Assembly (NCBI GenBank): GCA_051294375.1
Contig: CM119265.1
Coordinates: forward strand, 2,765,292 to 2,829,291
Source of the DNA: Paraspadella gotoi
Lineage: Eukaryota > Animalia > Chaetognatha
Reading direction: 5' to 3'
Length of the DNA: 64,000 nucleotides
Each line of letters starts with the position of its first letter. Within the stretch, counting starts at the first letter, position 1. The notes under the pieces were generated by a model that was not told the DNA's origin, did no database searches, and worked only from the letters and a program-made list of their open reading frames with translations. A program made the position numbers and the translations under genes. Positions 28,807 through 57,820 of the stretch are shown here, piece by piece.

Positions 28807-29574
28807 TGAGAGAGTAAACTAGGACCTCCACTGATTAGTCCCTCTGGCGTGAGACATCTCAAATAATTAAGCTGCCCATGCGAACCTGGTATGGGTTGTA
28901 CTGGTAGAACCCTATATTTATGCCAATCTTGAGCTATGTGATCCTTGTGGTGCAGTTTTTGAACGGGTCTTTCACAACAACCCTTTTTAAATAACCAAAC
29001 TAATCTCTCTTACTTACCATCTTCCTAAATTTGTTTTGAGTTCAAGTTTTAAAATCAACTTTTCTCATTCGAATTTTTTTTTTCCGATTCCATCGCGTTT
29101 CTCTCTTGTTTTATTTTATTCGTTCTTCTTTTTCCCGCTGAGTGTCGCTTTTCAAAGTTTATTTCGGAATTAGCTTAATTAAATTAGGATTTTTGACATT
29201 TTTGACGAAATAAAAAACATTCCGTCGTCAAGAAATAAAATGTTTGCATTAGTTTCAATTTTTCAATCGCGCATTTTCCTTGAGTCACCAATTAATTTAA
29301 AAAACAGCGACATCTGTAATGTAAAAAAAAAACCAAAAAGCGACGAGCGACGATTTTGGTCGAAGATTCTAATCTCGTAATTGAGTCGCCGATGGCAAAT
29401 GGCAACCGACCTGGCAACACTGGTAAACGACTGGTAAACGACAACCGGTAGCTGGCAACTACAAACCGAAAGTAGACCGATATTCTCTTGCCGAGAATTG
29501 ACTGACTTCGAATCATCTCTCTCTCTCTCTCTCTCGTCTCTCTCTCTTCTCTCTCTTCTCTTCTCTCTCTCTTC

Positions 29575-29614
<40 letters not shown>

Positions 29615-29755
29615 TCTCTCCTCTCTCTATTCCCCAACAACATTTCGACAAAAATATCTGCAAGGATAAGTTTCTCACACTCTTAATAAAAGGCAAGAAA
29701 AAAACTTTGGGGAAAGTGTTTTTTTCCTGATTGTCGTTGGTTAAATGGAGTTCCT

Positions 29756-29843
<88 letters not shown>

Positions 29844-30264
29844 ACGATCAAAGGCTGATGGATTTCGGGAAAAGGAAGAGAAAATTGACTGAAAATCGCG
29901 ATTCGAAGTTTGAACAAAATTACTTCGTTGGATTTTTTAGATGCATTGTGACTTGCATTAAAATAAAATGATCATTGTAAACTTTTGTAAATATCGTAAA
30001 CGTTTTAATTGATTTCCATTTGCATTGTATATTTGTGGAAGTACATATCTTTGTTGTAACAGTAGTTTTTCGCAAATAATTATAATAAATATACTTATGA
30101 CATAACTAACCTAGAAATGTATTGTGTCAAATTTTCACATATATTTATTACATAACATATATATATACATACCATACAACATACATAGCATAAACATATA
30201 TACATATATATACCGCATCAAAATCGGGTTCTTTGGGAGTAAAGAGAGAGGGAGAGAGAGAGAA

Positions 30265-30324
<60 letters not shown>

Positions 30325-30438
30325 ATAAGAAAGTCATAATTTTTTTAAAAAAATTTACATCTTTGGGTTCATCAAGATTTTTCATCTTACGAACTCAGAC
30401 GCCTAACAAAACACATCTTTTCCCGAGAATGTATGACT

Positions 30439-30523
<85 letters not shown>

Positions 30524-31064
30524 CTTGGGTGTTTATTATTAGGATATAAAGATAGTTTTGTATCTCATTCTTTCACAATTTTCAAATCTATAGACAATTT
30601 TAATTGATGATCACGTGACAAAAAAATCTAAAAAAATATATTTATAACAAGAGCCTTGTATTACAATGTATTATATAAACACTGTCCATAAACTGTTTTT
30701 TACTAGTAAATGCATTAAACAAAGCATTTAATAGTTACTTAAAACTTTAACCAAATATAATTAATATCCACATTGATTCTGATTAGAAGATTCTTTTTCC
30801 AGAGGTTATGTAACAGTTACGAAATATATAACATTAAGCCATCCGTAGAACCGAAAAACTAAACAAGGCTGAAAAGACCGCCAAATAGAAGGCTTTCAAA
30901 AAGAGTTGCTCGCGAAAACTGAAAAAAGATTCTGCAAATGATAAAAGTAAACAACTCTCTCTTTTTTTTTGAAAAAGAAGAAAAAAGAAATAAAATCAAA
31001 AAGAAAAAAAAAAGAAAGAAGGGAAGGATCAATAAAGAGTCGATCGTTAGTAAGAGAGAAGGTA
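26410..31064. repeat. ~2.3-kb-arm inverted duplication centred on 25-N gap 28677-28701 (likely artefact)
   Basis: 28800-31064 is the reverse complement of 26410-28676, with indels increasing distally. Confidence 0.85.
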
Positions 31065-31237
31065 TAACTTTTTTTATTGCCCGTCATTCATAACATTTTT
31101 AAGATTTTCAGGTCGAATCGAGAAATGCTTAAATTGAGAACAAAATTATTTGTTTTCCAAATGACATCTTCTCACGACCGAACTGAGTGGGAAGGGACGA
31201 TTTATATGACGACGACGATGACGAAGACGAAGACGAA

Positions 31238-31290
<53 letters not shown>

Positions 31291-31574
31291 CCAATTTTAA
31301 CGACTAACGATGTATAAAGCAACAAATACATACACAACCGTTAAAACGAAGGGAAAAAACTACAACAATATTTTGCGATAAGAAAATCCTGCTGTTCTTT
31401 TGTTGTCTATATAATCAATTATTCCTAAGGTTAATTAAAGATTGAATCGTTAATTTAAGTTAAGAAACATAATGCATATTACTTTATCGCAAAATCTTAA
31501 TTCCAACTATTTGGGCGCGAAAAGTATTTCACTGTGGATTTTTAGTGGCAGATTAAAAGCCTCTTAAACAAAAT

Positions 31575-31649
<75 letters not shown>

Positions 31650-32391
31650 TTCTAATATATTCACTACTTTGTGACTTTTTAAGCTCGATTTTTTTTTATC
31701 GATTTTTCTTCGATATTGTTTTAAGTTTTAAAATCTTTCGTAAACAAAAGATTAATTTTAACTTTCTTTTATTCAAAAAAAATATATATAAAAATATAAG
31801 AGTAACCTTTTTCTTTTCAGAAAAAAAAATTATTATATCAAATATAATCAGACGTAATTGAGTGAAAATCTAATTCTACATACTTCTATTTTAAAAAAAA
31901 ATAATGCCGTAAACTACTCTATCGCCATACCGTAAATACAGCAACATAATTTTTTTTCCTCTTGGTGTCGTTTTCCATTGGTTTCCCCAAAATTCAGGAC
32001 CAATAACAATCCATTCTCTCAGCAAAGCGACTACCTGACATTCCCCCCCCCAAAAAAAAATGTCCTTTTTTTTTTATGGAATTGGAATTCCTTTACGGCG
32101 CTGCGGAGAAAACGTTGAGCTTCGATACCGATGATCGAGAGTTCGCGACCGTTATATAAAGTTTTTTTTTCTTAACTGACCTTATTTAATATTTATGTAA
32201 AATGCACCGAATTTTTCAAATTTAAAAAAAAAAAGTTTTTCTATCATTGTTATACAAGAAGTTTTAAATTTTATAAAAAAATCGTTATATTTTGTATTTT
32301 AATCTAATCATATAATCATTTAATCTTAATTTACAACCGACTGAATATTTCTTCCGAATAACAATGATAAGAACGACGACAACAAACAACA

Positions 32392-32422
<31 letters not shown>

Positions 32423-32714
32423 ACGACGACGACAACGACCAAGAATCATTTCCGTCCTCATTTCTCTATATAATTTTTTTTTCTCGTCACGATTCGCCAT
32501 CACTTGTCGGTCCACGCCAAAACGCCACGGGTCTACGTCACGCCACAGCATTTCCTTATTGCGCCACGCCAAACTTCTCCACGCCAAAACTCTTCCTTCT
32601 CACGCCACGCTAAACCAATTTTCTCTTCTCACGCCATCTCTTTTCACAGCAATTCCGTCACTCCCCTTACCAGGCCCCCAATTTTTATCCACCACCCACC
32701 GCATCTCACGTCAG

Positions 32715-32869
32715 ATGTGAAGTGACTTGCCAGAGGAGAAGGGGGGAGGGGGCGGGGTGGCCAAAAGTCGGGGAGGTGAGGATCGCGGAAAAAAAGTCGG
32801 TTGACCCCAAAGGTCGTATTGCCTGCGGTTTGGGCGACAACAACAACAACAACAACGACGTCGACAGAG
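32715..32869 (+). CDS. Possible upstream SYT15 exon (CEVTCQRRR...DVDR)
   Basis: CAG acceptor, open frame and a phase-1 GT donor compatible with exon 34481; no homology evidence. Confidence 0.3.
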
Positions 32870-34480
32870 GTCTCCTTTTCTGGCCTTTTGTTTATTCTGT
32901 GGAGGTAATTCTTTTGGTTTTGGTAGCGAATAGTTGAGTCTTTTCTTTTCTTTTCTTTTCTTTTCTTTTCTTTTCTTTTCTTTTCTTTTCTTTTCTTTTC
33001 TTTTCTTTTCTTTTCTTTTCTTTTCTTTTCTTTTCTTTTCTTTTCTTTTCTTTTTTTATCTTTTCTTTTCTTTTCTTATTTTTTCTTTTCTTTTTCTTTT
33101 CATTTCTTTTCTTTTAGTTTCTTTGATTCTTTCTTTCTTTCTTTCTTTCTTTCTTTTTTTCTTTATTTCTTTCTTTCTTTCTCTCTTTCTTTCTTTCTTT
33201 CTTTATTTCTCTCTCCCTCTCTTTCTCTCTCTCTTTCTTTCTTTATTTGAGGTGTACGAGATAAAATTAGCGAACTAAATGCTAATTAATCGATTTATTG
33301 ATTCAGAAAAGCGAATGGAATCGATTCGGCTAATTGTACTAATTGTACAAATTGTACTAAGTGGTACATGCATTTTATTAAACCGAGCAAGACAATAAAC
33401 TCTCTTTCTTTCTATATTTTTATCTTTCTTTTCTTTCTTTCCTAATTTTTTTGATCATTCGTTTATTCATTCATTTTTTTCAGAACTCAAGTGTTCAGAA
33501 TTTCTAGTTCAACCTTGTTTTCCATTTTCGTCTCACTCTCATCGCCCTTAACTCTTAGGCCTCTTTATAAACTTCTTTCTATGCCCTTACATCTTGACCC
33601 CTTTTACGATACATTATTTCGGGTCAACAAAAAACGAGAACCCAAAATAATACTTCTTTTCCGCCCCCCCCCCGATATTTTGTTGTGTCAATTTACGAAA
33701 GTGCTTCTTTCTTGTTGGATAGTGGATACACTGGATAGTGGATACACTGGATAGTGGATTCTCTTGATAGTGGATACACTTGCAAATTACACTTCCGATT
33801 TTAACCCTGAACAAATTTTTATTTGGATTTTTTTTAAAATTTGCATTTTTAATCTTATATAAATATATATTCAATTTCTAATTTTCATTTAGAGCAATAT
33901 CATTTTTGTTTAAAACATATATCATTCTAAATTTGATTCGTAACTTTTACACGAATAGATTTTTCAATGTTTGATTATTTTCAATCACATTTTTTTAAGC
34001 GTGACTTGATTATTCACAAACACGAGAAACAAGAATTAGACGTAAATCAGCAGACAATTTTTTACTATAATTTTTTTTATTTTTTATTTTTAAATTGTTT
34101 CAAGAATTAGACTATGAATCGTAAAAGGCAGTTCCTTAGTTTAATAAACAAACGAAACGAATTTTAACTCAATTTATTTCCGGAAAAAAATCCTATTTTC
34201 TTGAACTGACAAAAACGCGGAAAAAACCCAAAATCGATTTTTTAAAAAAGAGAGAAAAAAAGACAGAAAAAAAGAAAGAAAAAAAATGGCTTCTTGTTTT
34301 CAACTGATTTGCAATATTTTGGGTTTGCGCCAACGGAAGGCCAGCAAAGTTCAGAGTAAGTCTTGGTGTAGGAAAAATTCCGGGAAAAAAAAAGGGGGAA
34401 AAAAAAAGGAAAAAAGTATTTAAGATTTTAAGACTCGACTGTTCTTTTATTTATATCCTAAAAAAAAAAACCGATCGCAG

Positions 34481-51670
<17,190 letters not shown>

Positions 51671-53691
51671 GAAACGTTTTGTTCTACAGGGATATCGTCG
51701 TCGAGTCTCACTGAAGAAAAAAGGCCCGGTATTTAAATATTGATAAAATCTTTTTATTTAAAATTGAAAGTTTGTTTCCGACTCATGTGTTAGGATTTAC
51801 ACATTATGAATTATTTTTTTTTCAGAGGTGGCGTTCGACGCGATAACGGTTCACTGTTTCGTTGCATTCGGGAGAAGATAAGCGGAGAAAATTTGTTTAT
51901 TTACTTCTTTGGTTTTTTTGGTTTTTTTAATTTGAAGCTAAAAAAAAATTTTGTTTAAAATCGAGACTGCATTTGAAAACTCAGTATGATTGCCAATAAA
52001 TTAAAAAAAACAAAAAAAGATAGACAGTTAAAATGAAATAAAACAGAGTAGCTATTAGTCTTCTCTTTCGGTGAACCTTATCAGTTGTCATTGATTCACA
52101 TAAGCTCTGAATGCACTTCAGTCTTGACTGCACCTCAGCTCTGATTGCACTTCAGCCCTGACTGCACCGACAGAATTCGGATTTCTGAGATAAGATTTGA
52201 TAAGATTTGTTTTTCTTTCGATCGAAAGAAAAGATTAGGAAAAATCTATTTTTCTCAGCGAAAAATATTTTTTGGCCAAAAAAATTATTTTAATTTAAGT
52301 TTTTTACAATCGTAGCACAAATATTGATACTTAGATGAATACAAAAAAAACTATGAATTGAATCGAACTCATGGATCCATCAGGCGACGTGAGTGAGACA
52401 GAAAAGTTTATTGTTTATTGTGTTTAATTCTGTTTTGTTTATTCATTTTCTTTAGTGTCTCTTAACTTTTATGACATCACTGACCGAAAACATTTTTATG
52501 CAAACAAGCGTTTATCAGTAATTTATGCCATTTTCATCCATTAAGATTTAAAATATTTTTTTTGCTAAACGAGAAATAGTGGACTGGAAAATTCTTTACA
52601 CGCTTAATGAAATATAAAAAATGATTAGAAAATTGAAAAAGTATATATACTACATTCGGAATGTAAATAAAAATAAGAAGAAAAAAATAGTGTATAATCA
52701 TTAATCAAACTACTGAAATCTTGTCTTTGTTTAATTTAATACTCGAAATCAAAACCATCCCAAAAAACATCATTCGTTAATTACTTTTGATTACCGTTGA
52801 TTACTCTCCTTAAAATGAATTCCTTAATTCATAAACATTTTCAGTTTAGCGAATGACCTTCGTTTTTCGATCATAAACTTCGTTAAATCGAGAAACGAGG
52901 CAGAGAAAAAATATTCATTCGCTTGAAGGATTTTTTTTCCCTTCGTCTTTTGTTATAATGCAAATGTTGAGAAGACGATGAGGATGACTCGCTCTCTATC
53001 GCGCTTTCTCTTTCTTCTCCTTTTCTCCCTTTCCTTTTCTAGTATCTTCTTTCAATCTAGTACCTATCCTGCTCTTTCTTCTTTCTTTCCTTCTTTCCTA
53101 TCTATTATTCTCCCATCCCACTTTATTTTCTTTCCTTCTTTTCTATCTCTTATTTTCCCGTCCCACTTTCTTTTCTTTCTTTCCATCCTATCTTTTATTC
53201 TCCCGTCCTACTTTCTTTTCTTTTCTTCTTTCTTCTTTATTTCTTTTTCCCCCAACTTTCTCATCTTTTTTCCTATTTTCCTAATTTCTTTACTTTCCTC
53301 ATTCCCTTCTCTTGTTCCACCTTCAATCTTCAATCTTCCTAACTCTTTCCCGATTTTCTATAATCCTTTTCTCTTTATTCTTTTCTTCCTCTTACTTTCC
53401 TCAAACTTTTTTTTCTTTGTCTCTCCCTCTCTCTCTGTCTGTCTGTCTGTCTGTTTGTTTTTCTGTCGCTCTCTCCCTCTCTTCCTCCCATCTTGTCCTC
53501 TATTTTCCCTCTTCCCTCCATTTTCCACCTAATTTATCATTTCCTACCTTCCTTTCTCCTTTCTCTCTCTTCCTTCCCCTTCCACCCCAAATTTCCCCAC
53601 CCCCCACTCCACATCCCCCTTTCTAATAAAAACCCCATTCTCCCTCCCGCTCCCCCCCCCGCTCCCTGGCCCCCGCCAACTTCCGCTCCAG

Positions 53692-56600
53692 ACGACCCTC
53701 CGCTACTGGGGAGATGAGTGGAGCAGCGAGCGCGACGCCGTCTACGCCGTTTATCTCAAGAAGGTCAGGTTCTCGCGCTGGAGCGAACATCGCGATGGAA
53801 CAGGAGGTAAGTTCTAGCTGGAGCGATGGAGTGAGAGTTAAGTTCTTGCTAGAGCGATAGGGTAAGTTAAGTTCTTGCTGAAGGGATGGGTTAAGTTTTA
53901 TTATTCTTGCTGGAGCGATGGGGTAAGTTAAGTTCTTGCTGAAGGGATGGGTTAAGTTGTATTATTCTTGCTGGAGCGATGGGGTAAGTTAAGTTCTTGC
54001 TGGAGTGATGGGTTAAGTTTTATTATTCTTGCTGGAGCGATGGGGTAAGTTAAGTTCTTGCTAGAGATATTAGAGCAGGCGGTAAGGTCCCGGCTTGATG
54101 CGGTTAATCCCGCTGGGGCGATGAATACTAAGTAAGTAAATTCATGGGCGACTAGGAAGTTGGGTAAGTTTTCTCCCGAGAGCGATATCAGTTCGGAGTT
54201 TGATGGCGTGAATAAATTGAAAGAAAAGGTAAGGTCATCTTGGTAATATTAGGTTCATTTGAAGATGCGCAGTTAATGAAAGGGATCGTTTTAAATGAAA
54301 AGGAATGAATTTGTGTCATAAATTAGAGCAACTTTTTGTTTTTAAATACATTGAAAAAAGTGTTGGTCTTGTATTAAAGTTTTTTTTTCAAAATCTTTAT
54401 GTACATTTTATTTTTAATCCATTTTTAAGGATTTTTAAAGTGTTTTTTTTTTTTGGTTTTGTATTTTAAATCTTCAATTGAGGCAAACGACCTTGAGAAA
54501 GGAAATTTTTTTTTGAAGGGAAAGATTTGGTTTTTTTCATCGAGATTTTTACGAAATAATGTTTTCTATTTCAGTTTTCACCCAATTTTTTTTTTTAACT
54601 TTTTTAATTTTCAATATGAACTTGAGATTTCTTTTTCTTTTTTTTTTCTTTTCTTTTCATTTCTTTTCTTTTCTTTTCTTTTCTTTTCTTTTCTTTTCTT
54701 TTCTTTTCTTTTCTTTTCTTTTCTTTTCTTTTCTTTTCTTTTCTTTTCTTCTAAGTAGTAAGTTTAATCAATTCATTCATTCGTTTCTTCATTTATTGAT
54801 TCACTTATTTATTCCTTCCCTCTTTAAGTCATTCATTTATTCTTTTATTAATTTATTTAATCATTCATTTAATCATTTATTCATTCATTCATTCATTCAT
54901 TCATTCATTCATTCATTCATTCATTCCACAACTCAGCGGAGCAACACTCCATGGAGAAGTCTTCCTCCAAGACGAAAGGCGCCATCGGCTGCATGGGAGG
55001 ACACGAGGAGGAGAGCGCCGGACCCACCCTGCAGGTTGTGGGTTGTGGGCGCGAGTGTGGGGAAACGAGTGTGCGGTTGTGATGGCTAGTGTGGGTGAGG
55101 GTACGACTGTGGTTATTGACGAGTATGCGTGAAAAATTTGTTTTTCCCCCTTTTTTTGTTTTATTTAGGATGAAAATGTTAATGAGAAATTAATTTAGTA
55201 AAATTAAAAATTAAAAAAAATGTATTTTTTATTACGTGTGTCACGTGAGACAAAAATATTTTAGAAAGAAAGAACAAAAAATGTAATTAAATTGAGTCGC
55301 TATTGCAGTGAGCAATGATGTTGACCAACTCAAAACTGAATCACGAATCCAATGACCGGAATCACCATCAAAGCCAGATCAATCGCCTCGTGACTTTTCG
55401 ATCTCGTCAGTTCCTTCACGAATTCCGCGAATTCCTTCAAATTCTCACGAGTCACGTGACGAACTGTTTCGTTGAGCGAAGAAAGACAATCTGTGATCAA
55501 AGGAGAAAGAGAGAGAAAAGAACCGAAAGCCGGAGAATAAGGCTGAAGGCTGTTGGAATTGATTTGGCGGATGGAGAAAAAATGAAGATAGAAATCTAGA
55601 CCGGGGAAGAACGTGGTGTAGTTTTGGTCGTTGTGGTCGTCGTTGAAGAAAGAGATTGTGGGCAAAATCAAGTGGGTGGTCATCAGAAGGAGAGAGAAGA
55701 TCCATTTGAAGAGAGGCTTGAACTTTGGGTCGAACCAGATGGTCGTGCGATGAAAGGCAGCGATGATCGGTGGCAGAATCGAGAGAGAGATGAAGAACAC
55801 GAAAGATTCTTGCACAAAGAAATTCATCGCGATTTGATCCCTCAAAACGGCGCCAATGGACGTCGATGCAGAGCTGATGGTTGAGTCATTGCAGAGCGAA
55901 GCCGGCGGCGTGAATTCGGACGCTTTGATCTTGAGAGTCGAGACGGTGAATATCGCGACGAAGAAAAGACTCGCAGTGATTTCGATGGGAAAGATTTCGC
56001 GGCGACGAATCTTTAAATCTTTCGTCTTCTTCTTTCGCCAGAAGAAATCGAGGAAGGAGAGAAGAAAGAAGAAAAGAAGAAGAGAGAAGAAGAAATGCGA
56101 CAAAAGAAGAAAGGATCGATATTCGTTCAATTTAGATCGACTCATTCCTTCGACGATCGAATAATCAAGATAACATTTGTCCTCTTCGCACGATACTCCG
56201 AACGGATCGAGTTCGATCGTCGTCCGTTCGTGAGACGCGGCCGAGTACGCGTTGAGACTCACCACGAAAATAGGCGGGAGGAAACTGAGCAGCCGGGTAA
56301 GGGCAGATTTGGAAAGGTGAGTTCGTGGAATTAGATCGACGATCAAATAGAGAAATCCGAGGCATAAATCGAACAAGAGAAAATAACAAACCGTCACGTA
56401 TCTCGGATTAAGCAGACGATAATTTCCAATTTTAATTTTCGTCTTAAAAACGGAATCGTCCCGCCAAGAGTCGATGGTGGAACCGTTGCAAAACCCAATT
56501 TGCTTCCGGTAACCAACGATGGATGGAATTTTCCATTTTTCTTTCTCAGCGATTCCATCGATGGAAAAACAAGGGAGGAAAGAAGATTCGTTGGCGGGAG

Positions 56601-57740
56601 AGAATAAGGTGAGACTCGGAGCGAAATCTCTCTCGTTTAAATCGAGAAGAGAGATTAACTCGTCGCTCAAAAATTCTCTCATCATCAACGATCTTTCCAC
56701 GTTGACGAAAAATCCGTAGATGAAAAGATTCCAACTTAAAGAAATAAAGATTTCGGCGAAAGAGAAACCAAACGTTCGTTTATTCGTCGGATTTAGCATC
56801 GATAAAAACGTCGTTTTGATTCCGGAAATCGTAAAGACTCTAAAAATGACCAACGGACACAATAGAGACAACCAGAGGTTGATGGTCAAAGATTTGACGT
56901 AGACCAGATAAAGAAAGAGGGTTGACCCAACAACGCCTTGCATCGAGGACAGCAACGGACCCAAATTAAGACCCAAGGGTTGGAACGTCTTTGGCAAAAC
57001 CATGAACTCTTTTCTGAAGGATGCGGCCGATTTCGCCAAACTTATCGTCGACGTGGCGAAAGATATGATCGTGAAGTAATTATCGATCGGCCATCCGCAA
57101 AAAAATTCTATGCGGTTCGTGTCTTTGGTGACGATGTTATCGCAATCGCATTTCGCGTTTTCTGCCAGAAAACTTCCATTTGCGGAAAACGTCATCATTT
57201 GTCCTTGATACATTCCGCCTTCTATTCCTGCGGAAAAATAAAAGAGCAATCGATCTCGACTTCTTTGTCAAATTGTTGTAATAAAAGAATAACCTATATA
57301 TTGGTAAATAATTGGAATATCCAAGTGGGGAATGCATTGTCTCTCTGTTCCGCTGGTCCACTCTAGCACCATAACGGCTCCCTGGGGAGAAATGATGATT
57401 TAACTCGATGATAAAAATTAAATACACAATGCAAATGTAATATCAATCAGAAAATATGATTTATTTATCATAATTAACTTATTTAGGTAAACTTATTTCA
57501 CTTAACTTCATTTAACTTACTTATCATTTCACCTAATTTTAAAAAAAACTGTTTTTATATTTTCATAGAGTTTAATAGTAAAAATGACCTGCACTAAAAG
57601 CTGTGGTAGAGATTCGACCAAAACGTGAAGCAAATTAACGCATTTGAAAAGTTGATCTTTCACCAGAAGAACAGGTAGATTCGTTTGAGACTTTTTTTTT
57701 CTGAAAAAAAAATTAAATGGGGCATTCACTGGTCAACAAG

Positions 57741-57820
<80 letters not shown>

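Noticed and set aside
28820-28870. Hammerhead-ribozyme-like CTGATTAGTCC...GAGAC
   Set aside because: The core deviates from CUGANGA/GAAA and stems I/III could not be formed.
53807-54170. CRISPR-like repeat-spacer appearance
   Set aside because: The intervening sequences are themselves repeated, and there are no cas genes.
57533-57588. Longer XKR exon 3 using the AG|GTGAAA donor
   Set aside because: It leads to a stop in the next exon; CAG|GTCATT at 57588 keeps the frame and the XK motif.
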